Assembly (NCBI GenBank): GCA_028818705.1
Contig: JAPPNJ010000194.1
Span: 10,909 to 74,908 of the forward strand
Direction of reading: 5' to 3'
Source: Candidatus Poribacteria bacterium
GTDB lineage: Bacteria > Poribacteria > WGA-4E > WGA-3G
Length of the DNA: 64,000 nucleotides
The stretch's first letter is position 1. Each line of letters opens with the position of its first letter. The notes beneath the pieces were generated by a model that searched no databases, was not told the origin of the DNA, and saw nothing but the letters and a program-made list of their open reading frames with translations. A program made the translations under genes and the position numbers. Positions 26,758 through 35,767 of the stretch are shown in pieces.

Positions 26758-27117
26758 GTGAAATCAGCGATAGAAGAATGGCTTGATGACTGTATCGAAA
26801 AATTCAATGCAGGCGAGTTGACGGAAGTTGACCTACGCCGTGTGACAACTGCCCTGAATTCTCAGAAGCAGTTGCTCCTCTACCTCTATTCCAAATCAAC
26901 AAGTCTGCGCTCGCCGCTTGGTGGATGGGCGTTGTACGACGCAACTGTTCCGGATGAACCGGTTCTGCCATCACAAGATGTCCCTTATGCATCAGTGCTT
27001 GATGCGGTTAGTGATGGATGGCGGATTGTCCAATTTCCACGTCCTGAACTCTACAACTTTACAGATGTTGACAACGCCTATCTCGGTTATGAGTTTATTT
27101 TGGAGAAATTCGTGTAA
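26758..27117 (+). CDS. Hypothetical protein (119 aa)
   Basis: GTG 26758 follows AAGGGAG. An extended -10 (TGCTACAAT, 26718-26726) overlaps the track ATG at 26725, which argues for the downstream start. No family recognised. Confidence 0.45.
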   Translation: MKSAIEEWLDDCIEKFNAGELTEVDLRRVTTALNSQKQLLLYLYSKSTSLRSPLGGWALYDATVPDEPVLPSQDVPYASVLDAVSDGWRIVQFPRPELYNFTDVDNAYLGYEFILEKFV

Positions 27118-27128
27118 AGGAAGACGCA

Positions 27129-27923
27129 ATGATTAATGTTGAGCCAACCCTAAATGACCATGAAGTTAGGCAGTTTATTCATAACGGCTATATCACATTG
27201 GAAAACGTCGTTGACGAGGATTTCAATCGTGAGTGTGAATCCGTACCCGGGGGTCATCTCACCGATTTTGTTCTCACAGACGAATTTCGCCGAAATGTGT
27301 TGCTACATCCAGAAGTTGCTGGTGTAGTGCGCTCGCTGTTAGGAGCGGATTTTCTTGTGCCGACGAGCGCACACCATCATCTGTTTGAAGCCGCGCACCG
27401 CGGGCAGACGTGGCACTCCGATGGACTCACCGAATACGGATACGGCATCACACATCTTCAGTGCTACTATTACCCGAAGGCGGTGAAAATTGAGGATGGC
27501 CCGACGATGATATTGCCCGGTTCGCATCATCGACTTGTGGACCGGGAGGCAATCGCGCATTACGGTGATATTCTCGGACAGCTTTCCCTCACAGTTCCCG
27601 CGGGCACTGTCGCAATGACTCGCTACGGCATCTGGCATAAGGCGGGTCCAAAACTGAATGCCAATAGGCGCGGGATGATAAAATTCTCTTATTTCCGAAC
27701 AGCGATGCCTAAACGGGATTGGGTCCGAGATTCCGATGAGATTCCACCCTATCAACACGCTGGTAGGCACCCGTATGTTACGGAAGTGGAATCCTATCGC
27801 GACCGACGTAGAGGTGAACTCACGTGGCGATGGCTATGCGGGTTGGCGGAGGTGGAAGAGCCGCTCCCACCGGTACAGATGTTTAACAGTGGAATCCCTT
27901 TATCGGAAGTCCGGCTTCAGTAG
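27129..27923 (+). CDS. Phytanoyl-CoA dioxygenase (PhyH) family Fe(II)/2-oxoglutarate oxygenase
   Basis: The recognisable blocks are WHSDG, MILPGSHH and YGIWHKAGP. Confidence 0.7.
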   Translation: MINVEPTLNDHEVRQFIHNGYITLENVVDEDFNRECESVPGGHLTDFVLTDEFRRNVLLHPEVAGVVRSLLGADFLVPTSAHHHLFEAAHRGQTWHSDGLTEYGYGITHLQCYYYPKAVKIEDGPTMILPGSHHRLVDREAIAHYGDILGQLSLTVPAGTVAMTRYGIWHKAGPKLNANRRGMIKFSYFRTAMPKRDWVRDSDEIPPYQHAGRHPYVTEVESYRDRRRGELTWRWLCGLAEVEEPLPPVQMFNSGIPLSEVRLQ

Positions 27924-27941
27924 GAGCGGTATGTGTTTTAA

Positions 27942-28739
27942 TTAACGTGCCCCGCACGCTTGTAAGCATGCTTGCATGTGACCGCGCGACTCTGCTGCAA
28001 TCGTGCAACACTGCTCTAAACTATACTCTTTCGCACCGATGACTTCGAGGTTCAGCGGACCGGTATAGCCGTTTTCATGCAAAACACGGATATAGCCTAC
28101 AAGGTCGATGTCACCTCGCCCATTCGCCTGCAATTCAGGGTCGCCGGGACCGCGCTGCGTTCCTTTGCAATCTCGAATATGCACATGTTTCACGCGTGAA
28201 ACTACGGCAGCGATTGCCTCAACCGGATTCTCGTCTGCGCGGTGGATATGAGAGGGATCCATATCAATACCAAACGCAGGTGATGAAATCTCTTTCATTG
28301 CGCGGAGGGTTGTTGGTGTATTATAGATGCTTGCACCGACGTGTGCCTTGACACAAAGCGTTACGCCGTAGTGTTCCGCACGTGCTGAGAGGCTGCCCAA
28401 TGAATCAATGACCTCGGGCCAGGCGGATTCGTCATCCGATTTGCCCCCAGGACCACAGTTAATAATCGGAATACCTATCTCGACTGCCGATTGGAAGGCA
28501 AGCTCCATTCGCTCTGGGTCGCGTGAGGGTTGCTCCATCGCCAGTAGTTCGATTTCATAGTCTTTCGCCAGGCGTTTGATCTCGTCAGCCAGCTCTTGCC
28601 AATTTGTGAGGACAAGGTGCTGGCTCATCCCGTCAATCGCTGAGAGTTCAATACCGTCGTAACCAGCCATAGCGATGTGCTTAAAGGCGGTTTCCATGTC
28701 GTAACCGCCGAACAGCACTGAATTGGCTCCTAATTTCAA
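27942..28739 (-). CDS. Sugar phosphate isomerase/epimerase (xylose isomerase-like TIM barrel)
   Basis: The pattern is AGYDGIELS ... HVHIRD ... LNLEV, typical of the AP_endonuc_2 fold. Confidence 0.8.
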   Translation of the reverse strand: MKLGANSVLFGGYDMETAFKHIAMAGYDGIELSAIDGMSQHLVLTNWQELADEIKRLAKDYEIELLAMEQPSRDPERMELAFQSAVEIGIPIINCGPGGKSDDESAWPEVIDSLGSLSARAEHYGVTLCVKAHVGASIYNTPTTLRAMKEISSPAFGIDMDPSHIHRADENPVEAIAAVVSRVKHVHIRDCKGTQRGPGDPELQANGRGDIDLVGYIRVLHENGYTGPLNLEVIGAKEYSLEQCCTIAAESRGHMQACLQACGAR

Positions 28740-28765
28740 ATGTAATTCTCCTTCTGTTCTACGGA

Positions 28766-29665
28766 TTATCCTTTTAATGGGGGAAGCGGGTGTGGACGCA
28801 CCAAGATACCGCCCTGTTCATAGGACTCCATTGCTGCCCAAGTATATTCAAGTGCTGCGAGTGCATCTCTGCCGGAGGCGCGCAGCTGCTCTTTCGGCAC
28901 ACCGTTTGTGATATCCTCTAAGAACGCATGAATCCGCAAGGGGAACGTCTGACCGAAGTCGCTGATGCCGGATTCGGTGACAATCGGTTCTCCGTCAGGG
29001 AAATCGGGCGCACCGGGAGAGGGCCAATAGGTTACCTTTTCAATGCAGTTTTCGATGCAGAATGTGCCGCGCGTGCCAGCAAGTTCAACGCTCCACCAGC
29101 CGCCGAGACCGAAAGTGGCATCCCTACGCTGGCTCAGGAGATAACCGATACATCCGTTCTCAAATCGGAGATGAATGCTGTTGCCGCCAGGGAATCCCAT
29201 TTTGTGAAGACAATAAACCTGCTCCCCGATATGTCCATCTTCTATATATTTTTTTGCTTGTTCGGCAGGGGGTGTGAGATAGTGATTCAGATTACAGCCC
29301 AAATAAAGGTCTTCTTCCGCAGCTTTGGCTACCATTTCTCGTGCCTGTCCGATGTCGTTAGAAAGCGGTTTCTCGACGAGGACGTGTTTCCCGTTCTCCA
29401 ACGCCTCCATCGTCGGTTCGTAGTGCCAACTCCCGTTTTCATATCCGCCAGTGCCGACATCAACAATGTCTAAATCCGGTTCGCCATCAATCATGTCAGA
29501 TAGGCTATAGTATGCTTTTACACCGAGACGTTCTGCTGCGGTATCCGCACGCTCTTTCACGATATCGCACACCGCGACCAATTCCGCCAAGTCGTCATTC
29601 GCGTGGCAATTCGCATGATTATTCCCGATGCCGCTCATGCCGACAACGCCAACTTTTAATGCCAT
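28766..29665 (-). CDS. Gfo/Idh/MocA-family oxidoreductase
   Basis: It has an N-terminal Rossmann motif (KVGVVGMSGIGNNH) and the EKP motif (VLVEKPL). Confidence 0.8.
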   Translation of the reverse strand: MALKVGVVGMSGIGNNHANCHANDDLAELVAVCDIVKERADTAAERLGVKAYYSLSDMIDGEPDLDIVDVGTGGYENGSWHYEPTMEALENGKHVLVEKPLSNDIGQAREMVAKAAEEDLYLGCNLNHYLTPPAEQAKKYIEDGHIGEQVYCLHKMGFPGGNSIHLRFENGCIGYLLSQRRDATFGLGGWWSVELAGTRGTFCIENCIEKVTYWPSPGAPDFPDGEPIVTESGISDFGQTFPLRIHAFLEDITNGVPKEQLRASGRDALAALEYTWAAMESYEQGGILVRPHPLPPLKG

Positions 29666-29820
29666 TTATTTATTCCTTCCAATAGATGCAGTTTGATCTC
29701 ATCTGTAGCGAAAACTTGCACTCTGAACATACTTATGCCAGTAGTATGCTACAGCAGATTTTATACTTAACATTATAAGCAGGTTGGCAGTTTTGTCAAT
29801 AAATATCTTTGGAAATATGC

Positions 29821-29849
29821 TTGACAGTATTCCTGATACATGCTATTTT
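29821..29849 (+). promoter_or_regulatory. Sigma70-like promoter (TTGACA, 17-nt spacer, TATTTT)
   Basis: TTGACA is at 29821-29826 and TATTTT at 29844-29849, 34 nt upstream of ATG 29883. Confidence 0.45.
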
Positions 29850-29882
29850 CTCATCTAAAGAGTGCTGAAGGAGGAAAAACGG

Positions 29883-30977
29883 ATGGGTATTGGTGTCGGT
29901 ATGGTAGGCTTAGGGATGTTCGGACCGTCGTTTATCCAATCGTATAAGTTGCATCCAGATGTGCATCGGCTTGCGCTGTGTGATTTGCGGTCTGACAGGT
30001 TGTCAAAATGGGCTGAGCAGTTTGAGATTTCTGAGACGTATTCAAGCCTTGATGAGATCTGCAAATCGGATTTAGACGCGCTTGTAATTATTACTCAGCA
30101 TTGGATGCACGCGCCGCAGGCGATTCAAGCAATGGAATCGGGAAAGCACGTTTATACTGCTGTCCCCGCCGCGGCATCCTTAGATGAGTGTGAGGCGTTG
30201 GTCAGGACTGTTGAACGAACAGGGATGATCTATATGAATGGAGAGACGAGTTATTTCCGTCCGGAAGCGGTCTATTGTCGTCAAAAGGCAGCAGAAGGTG
30301 CATTCGGAGAGTTCGTTCACTGCCGCGCTGAATATTTTCACGATATGGACCACGGGCTCTACGACGTGGCGAAGAATCGTTGGGGTGCAGATTTTGGTCG
30401 AGATAAGATGGGTGGAATTCCGATGCACTATCCGACACATTCGACCTGTTTCCCGATCTCCGTTATGAAAGCGCATGCCACATCGGTTTCAGCACAAGGA
30501 TATGTCTATCCAAATGATGACTGGTTTCGGGAGGATACCATCCACAAAAATCGGTTTTCTAATGAAGTTGGACTTTTCACAATGAGCAATGGGGCAACAA
30601 TGCAAATCTGTGAGTTTCGACGAGTTGGGCACCCCGGATCTGAACGCGTCAGCGGTATTTATGGAACGGAAGGTAGTTACGAACAGAGCCTTGCAGGCAG
30701 TGTCTGGACGACTAAAAATGAACGAGAAAGCGTTCAGCCTCCAAGATTACACGAAGACCTTCCCGAAGCTCTCGCTGCAGATCTCGGCGGACACGGCGGT
30801 TCGCATACCTATCTTGTACACGAATTTGTTGATGCTGTCAATCGTCAGCGATTACCGCGTGTTAACGTTTGGGAAGCGGTTCGGTACTGCGCGCCCGGAT
30901 TTGTCGCACACCAGTCAGCGCTGCGGGATGGGGAGTTGCTCCCGATTCCGGATTGGGGAGATGCGCCAAAAATTTAA
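29883..30977 (+). CDS. Gfo/Idh/MocA-family oxidoreductase
   Basis: ATG 29883 follows AAGGAGGA. An N-terminal Rossmann motif (GIGVGMVGLGMFG) is present. Confidence 0.8.
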   Translation: MGIGVGMVGLGMFGPSFIQSYKLHPDVHRLALCDLRSDRLSKWAEQFEISETYSSLDEICKSDLDALVIITQHWMHAPQAIQAMESGKHVYTAVPAAASLDECEALVRTVERTGMIYMNGETSYFRPEAVYCRQKAAEGAFGEFVHCRAEYFHDMDHGLYDVAKNRWGADFGRDKMGGIPMHYPTHSTCFPISVMKAHATSVSAQGYVYPNDDWFREDTIHKNRFSNEVGLFTMSNGATMQICEFRRVGHPGSERVSGIYGTEGSYEQSLAGSVWTTKNERESVQPPRLHEDLPEALAADLGGHGGSHTYLVHEFVDAVNRQRLPRVNVWEAVRYCAPGFVAHQSALRDGELLPIPDWGDAPKI

Positions 30978-31011
30978 AATAGCAGATAGGACTTGCTTTT
31001 TATTCCAATTT

Positions 31012-31028
31012 ATAGTACACTGTACTAT
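31012..31028. promoter_or_regulatory. Perfect 17-nt palindrome ATAGTACA-C-TGTACTAT (candidate operator)
   Basis: Read directly from the sequence. It lies 120 nt upstream of the sulfite reductase start. Confidence 0.35.
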
Positions 31029-31148
31029 TTAAAAGGTTTCTAATCGGGGATACTGTGCAATATCGGCTTGCAAGCTTCGCCTAAATAGAAGCAATCGGAC
31101 ATCAATTAACGCGCACTAAGAATCTGAGGTTATTACAAGGAGAATAGA

Positions 31149-33596
31149 ATGGCTATTGAATACGCGGGTCCCTTCGATGCATCAGCGATTCCACCAGATG
31201 AAGCCCGCGCCATTGAAATTTACGAGATTCAGCTCGGTCGGGTACAAGCCGGCCAAGTTGAAGAGGCTCTCTTTACTGAATTTAGACTTCGGCACGGGGT
31301 TTACGGGCAGCGCGATGATCGATCGCAGATGATCCGCGTCAAAATTCCCTTTGGTGGACTCACGGCTGTTCAACTTGAAATGTTAGCGGATGTTGCCGAA
31401 GAATTTTCCGATAACATCATTCATATCACCACCCGTCAAGACGTGCAATACCACTACGTCGATATCAATAACACACCGGAACTGATGCGTCGTCTCGCCA
31501 GTGTTGGCATTACCACAAAAGAAGCGTGCGGTAATGTTGTGAGAAACGTCACGGCATGTCCTATCAGTGGTGTGTGCGAAGATGAGACGTTTGATGTCAC
31601 TCCCTACTCTAAAGCGTTATCGGCGTTCCTTTTGGGACACCCGGATGCCCAAGATTTCGGACGTAAGTTTAAAATAGCGTTTTCGGGGTGTGAAGAACAC
31701 GCTTGCGGCTTAGCAAATATGCACGACATCGGTGCGGTTGCTGCGGTCAAAGAGGTTGATGGTGAGGTCAAACGCGGCTTTAAGCTCTATGTTGGTGGCG
31801 GACTTGGTGCAGTCCCGCATCAGGCGAAAGTTTTTGATGAATTCGTTTCCGCAGAGGAACTGCTTCCGATTTCACAGTCGATTTCCAGGGTTTTCACGCG
31901 TTTAGGTGAACGCAGAAATCGGAATAAAGCACGATTGAAGTTCGTCATCGCCAAGTACGGCATTGATGAATTTAAAAGACAGGTGCTTGAAGATCGGGAG
32001 ACGCTGCGACACGATCCAGCATGGACGGCTTACCTTGACAATCTCGACGATTACAAGGAAAGTCCACTCAAAGCACCGACGCAGCTTAACGGCACGGCAA
32101 AGCCTGAAGGTTTTGAGGAGTGGTATCAATCCAACGTGCGGTTGCAGAAACAACCCGGCTACGCTTTTGTAACGATTACGCTCCCGCTCGGCGATATTAC
32201 TGCGGACCAGACGCGTGCGTTAGCGGAGATTTCTCGGAAATACGTCAAAGACACCATCCGTGCTACTGTCGAACAGAATATCGTTCTTCGCTGGGTGACA
32301 ATGACGGATCTCCCCGCACTCTATCGCGAACTGAAAGAGATCGGTTTGGGCGACTCGGGTGCAGAATCTTTGGTTGATATTACGGCTTGCCCGGGTACGG
32401 ATTCTTGCAAACTCGGTGTCTCTTCTTCACGTGGGTTGGCAGCGCATTTGAGAGGTCATTTCATAGAAGCCGGTGTTCAGGATGAGATTAAGGGCTTCCG
32501 GATTAAGATTAGCGGCTGCCCAAATTCTTGTGGACAGCACCACATTGCCAATATTGGTTTCTTTGGTTCTTCCCGACGAATGGGTGAGCATATCGCACCC
32601 TACTATCAGGTACTCCTCGGTGGACACATGATTGAGAACGCCAGTTCTTACGGACTCGCTACCGGGAAAATCCATGGCAGATATATTCCAGCGTTTATCG
32701 AAGAGTTGACCGGTAGGTATACCGCTGAACGGAATGACGAAGAGACTTTCACTGACTATGTTGCACGTCTCGGTAAAGCGGAAATCAAGCAGATCTTATC
32801 CAAGTACGATAAGATTCCTACCTATGAGGAAGCACCAGAATTCTATGTAGACACGGGTGACACCAAAGATTACCAACTCAAAACAGGTGTCGGTGAGTGT
32901 GCAGGAGAGGTAGTAGCGCTTGTCTCCATGAAGTTGGAAGAAGCAGATCGGCTTATCTATGAATCTGGCTTGGACTTAGAGAAGGGCGAATATCAGGATT
33001 CCGCGGAGTTGGCTTTTAATGCAATGATTAGAGCCGCAGACGGAATCTTAACGACAGTGGGGTTGCAATATATTGACAACGCGACCACTGTCAACGAATT
33101 CCGCACCCACTTCTTTGAACCCGGTAACTTCTTCCCGGGTTACGGTGCGCATATCTTCAAGGCAACGGAAGAGGATATCTCTACGTTTGATCACGAATTG
33201 GCACACCGTCGCGTTGAAGAAGCCACCCTCTTTGTAGAAGAATCGCATAACGTGTATAATCGTATGCGTATCAAGCAAGAGGAAGAAGAGGCGAGTCGAA
33301 AGAAAGCGCGTCGCTCGCGTCGTTCGGCACGGAAGCCGAGGGTCGTCAGAAAGGCGAAACCTGTTGAGGAGATAGTTGATAGCCTTGATCTCAAAGGTGT
33401 TGCTTGCCCGTTCAACTATGTCCAGGCAAAAATCCGCTTGGAAACGATGGATCTCGGTCAGCTTCTCGAAGTTACCATTGACGATGGTGAACCGATTCAG
33501 AATGTGCCTACGAGTCTCACCAACGACGGTCATGAGATCGTTGACACCAAGAAGGTTGGACAGCACTATCGCCTTACCATCCGTAAGGGTGAGTAA
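31149..33596 (+). CDS. Ferredoxin-type sulfite/nitrite reductase hemoprotein (NirA/Sir-like) fused to a helical domain, a K/R-rich linker and a C-terminal TusA-family sulfur-carrier domain
   Basis: NIR_SIR repeats and siroheme/4Fe-4S cysteines are present (TACPGTDSCKLG ... ISGCPNSCGQHH). The last ~75 aa (LDLKGVACPFNYVQAKIRL..LLEVTIDDGEPIQNVPTSL..GHEIV...HYRLTIRKGE) are collinear with E. coli TusA. Confidence 0.85.
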   Translation: MAIEYAGPFDASAIPPDEARAIEIYEIQLGRVQAGQVEEALFTEFRLRHGVYGQRDDRSQMIRVKIPFGGLTAVQLEMLADVAEEFSDNIIHITTRQDVQYHYVDINNTPELMRRLASVGITTKEACGNVVRNVTACPISGVCEDETFDVTPYSKALSAFLLGHPDAQDFGRKFKIAFSGCEEHACGLANMHDIGAVAAVKEVDGEVKRGFKLYVGGGLGAVPHQAKVFDEFVSAEELLPISQSISRVFTRLGERRNRNKARLKFVIAKYGIDEFKRQVLEDRETLRHDPAWTAYLDNLDDYKESPLKAPTQLNGTAKPEGFEEWYQSNVRLQKQPGYAFVTITLPLGDITADQTRALAEISRKYVKDTIRATVEQNIVLRWVTMTDLPALYRELKEIGLGDSGAESLVDITACPGTDSCKLGVSSSRGLAAHLRGHFIEAGVQDEIKGFRIKISGCPNSCGQHHIANIGFFGSSRRMGEHIAPYYQVLLGGHMIENASSYGLATGKIHGRYIPAFIEELTGRYTAERNDEETFTDYVARLGKAEIKQILSKYDKIPTYEEAPEFYVDTGDTKDYQLKTGVGECAGEVVALVSMKLEEADRLIYESGLDLEKGEYQDSAELAFNAMIRAADGILTTVGLQYIDNATTVNEFRTHFFEPGNFFPGYGAHIFKATEEDISTFDHELAHRRVEEATLFVEESHNVYNRMRIKQEEEEASRKKARRSRRSARKPRVVRKAKPVEEIVDSLDLKGVACPFNYVQAKIRLETMDLGQLLEVTIDDGEPIQNVPTSLTNDGHEIVDTKKVGQHYRLTIRKGE

Positions 33597-33618
33597 GGTA
33601 GAATGTGTTGTTTTCTTT

Positions 33619-33648
33619 TGTAGGAGAGGTCTTGTTTCCTCTCCTACA
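33619..33648 (+). terminator. Perfect 11-bp hairpin (TGTAGGAGAGG-N8-CCTCTCCTACA) 23 nt after the sulfite reductase stop
   Basis: Read directly from the sequence. The T-tract is weak (ACCTTTTAC). It is a member of the TGTAG-palindrome family, so a REP-like role is equally possible. Confidence 0.4.
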
Positions 33649-33702
33649 ACCTTTTACTACTTCAGCAATGAAAAAGACAATTTTTCTCAGAAAATAAAAC
33701 GT

Positions 33703-34191
33703 GTGCAAACTCTGCTTCAAAACTGGAAAATTTATCTTGATACCTGTTGTTTGAGTCGTTTCTTTAATGATCAGACCCAACCAAGAATTCGCCGAGAAAC
33801 TGAGGCTGTGGCAGAAATTATATCTCATTTTATCCTAATGGATTGGCAATGGATATCCAGCGAGATTCTGGTATACGAAATCAACCAAAATAAGAATCTA
33901 AGGCAGCGTTTGTACATAAAAGGTTTGTTGGGTTACGCACATCACACTGTCCCTGCTGCACCAGAAAGATCCCGAGCAAATCGGATTGCATCGTTGGGTT
34001 TTCAGAACAGGGATGCCCTGCATATTGCTTGTGCTGAAAGTGTGAATACAGATATTCTTCTCACAACAGATGACCGAATGCTTAAAAGAGCGGAACGCTT
34101 TAGAACCCAACTTCGCGTCAGTGTTGCAAATCCTTATAGTTGGTTAATGGAGGTGATTCAAAATGAGCAGTCTCAATCGAAAACTGAATGA
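33703..34191 (+). CDS. PIN-domain nuclease (VapC-like toxin)
   Basis: GTG is at 33703. Acidic PIN residues are in IYLDTCC, RRETEAV, DALHIACA and LLTTDDRM. The track ORF extends upstream only because the frame stays open inside the sulfite reductase gene. Confidence 0.7.
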   Translation: MQTLLQNWKIYLDTCCLSRFFNDQTQPRIRRETEAVAEIISHFILMDWQWISSEILVYEINQNKNLRQRLYIKGLLGYAHHTVPAAPERSRANRIASLGFQNRDALHIACAESVNTDILLTTDDRMLKRAERFRTQLRVSVANPYSWLMEVIQNEQSQSKTE

Positions 34192-34372
34192 ACTCCGTCA
34201 GCGTGATCCTGAACTTGCTGGGATTTTGGATGAACTCCTGAATGACAAAGGTGGACGAGGTGATTATACTGTTGACCGATACAACCTCCCTGATCTTGAT
34301 GTTGACACGATTCTACTGGAGATTCAAAAGGCACGTGAGGCAGAACAGAAGAAATCCGATGCTGCCGACTAA
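34163..34372 (+). CDS. Small acidic hypothetical protein (69 aa), possible partner of the PIN protein
   Basis: It overlaps the PIN gene's 3' end by 29 nt. It looks helical, and no family was recognised. Confidence 0.4.
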   Translation: MSSLNRKLNELRQRDPELAGILDELLNDKGGRGDYTVDRYNLPDLDVDTILLEIQKAREAEQKKSDAAD

Positions 34373-34432
34373 TATACTGGAGATCTAACAATGGAGTGAA
34401 AGGTGTCGGTTTATCACGACTAAGTTTACACA

Positions 34433-34486
34433 AAGGCGATAGCCGCCCGCGCCCGAAACGGGCAGGGGTGCGTAACCGCCTTTTTT
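34433..34486 (+). terminator. Putative intrinsic terminator (AAAGGCG ... CGCCTTTTTT with an inner GCCCG-AAA-CGGGC hairpin)
   Basis: A GC-rich nested hairpin is followed by T6, 60 nt after the 34372 stop. Confidence 0.45.
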
Positions 34487-34534
34487 CAATTTTATTTCCA
34501 AGCAACATCCGCAAAATGTTCCGAATTTTTGCTT

Positions 34535-35326
34535 ATGAAGTTTAGTAAAACATGGTTCATTATCTCAATAACGGTGATGTTGGTCGGTGCTTTCTACTTA
34601 GTTGTGCATACCTTCTTGGTAGTAGAGGGATCAAACCGAGCGTTGAGACAACAAGGACGCACTTTAGGGGAAATCCTTACAGAAGATCAGCTCTTACACC
34701 TTGAAGACCTACTGAACCGTAGCAAGATCACGAGGGGCTGGATAGATTCTGTCTTCATTCCGCGTCTGTCTGACGAACTCGATCATATTGACTGGGTTGA
34801 AAGCGGGTGGCGGGCTATAGACCCGGATGATCCGAAGTATGCGCGTCACCGGGTAGCTTACGAGAAAGAACGCGATAAAGTACTTATTGTGATGAAGGAA
34901 CGCCGCGCAAATGCGTTCAAGCGTGCGCTTGACCCAAATATATTCCAGCTTGCAGAGACGGAACTTCAAAACGCATACCGCGCGCTTCTGACAGGCGAGG
35001 TAGGAAATACGTGGAAACGGTATCTGAAAGAGGAGGGCCCTGTCGGTGTTACGCGGGATGTAGGGAAAAGTATTGTTACTTTTATTCCACGTGGTATCGC
35101 TACTACCGCAAGAACATTCAGCGAAGGAGGGTTCGGAGAATACCCTATGAAAAGTCTCGCTGAAATAAGCGTGGCGATGCCGTCTATGATTGCTCTGGTC
35201 AGACTGATTTTGAGGATATTGAGACGGATTGTTCTACGATTTATTTTCTCAATACCAAAAGTTCTGTGGAATTTCATATTGGATAGAGTCCGGGAACTGG
35301 GCAAGGCTGTACGAGGTGAAGAGTGA
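34535..35326 (+). CDS. Hypothetical membrane-anchored protein
   Basis: It has an N-terminal TM segment (WFIISITVMLVGAFYLVVHTFLVV) and a basic/hydrophobic C-terminal helix. No family recognised. Confidence 0.5.
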   Translation: MKFSKTWFIISITVMLVGAFYLVVHTFLVVEGSNRALRQQGRTLGEILTEDQLLHLEDLLNRSKITRGWIDSVFIPRLSDELDHIDWVESGWRAIDPDDPKYARHRVAYEKERDKVLIVMKERRANAFKRALDPNIFQLAETELQNAYRALLTGEVGNTWKRYLKEEGPVGVTRDVGKSIVTFIPRGIATTARTFSEGGFGEYPMKSLAEISVAMPSMIALVRLILRILRRIVLRFIFSIPKVLWNFILDRVRELGKAVRGEE

Positions 35327-35385
35327 TTTCTGTTTCTGCAGGACACAGCGTCTCAGGAAACTCTCTGACCGCAACGGAATAAAAA

Positions 35386-35414
35386 TTGACTTTTCCACAA
35401 ACATACGGTATAAT
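35386..35414 (+). promoter_or_regulatory. Near-consensus sigma70 promoter (TTGACT, 17-nt spacer, TATAAT)
   Basis: TTGACT is at 35386-35391 and TATAAT at 35409-35414. Confidence 0.5.
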
Positions 35415-35471
35415 AAGGAAACAGTGAATTCGGAAACGATACTGAAACACAATATACCTACAGAAAAATAA

Positions 35472-35693
35472 ATGACAACAATCGTTAAACATAAAGAGAT
35501 GGGCAAACGTTACTGTCTGCTCGGCGCGGGGTTTGGTATCTTTCAATCCTCAAAGCCGAATATATTTCTCGGAAATTTGATGGCTGATGTAGAAGAAGGC
35601 GAGTACGCATTAGTCTGCGTCTGTAATAGCAAAAGGGAGATTTTCTGGTTAGAGGCGACACAAGTTACTGTGAACTCTCAACCCAATAGATAA
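35472..35693 (+). CDS. Small hypothetical protein (73 aa)
   Basis: It is the first ORF after the near-consensus promoter. No clear SD sequence and no family. Confidence 0.35.
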   Translation: MTTIVKHKEMGKRYCLLGAGFGIFQSSKPNIFLGNLMADVEEGEYALVCVCNSKREIFWLEATQVTVNSQPNR

Positions 35694-35767
35694 ATCTCAG
35701 GACTTTTTTATAGAGGGTGCCTCTGACTACCTTGTTATTCACTCAGGAAAGGAAATTATTTAGCAGA

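Noticed and set aside
33376-33702. N-terminal 109 aa of the 271-aa track ORF as part of the PIN protein
   Set aside because: This part overlaps the TusA-encoding end of the sulfite reductase gene in another frame. The PIN homology begins only at GTG 33703 (IYLDTCC).
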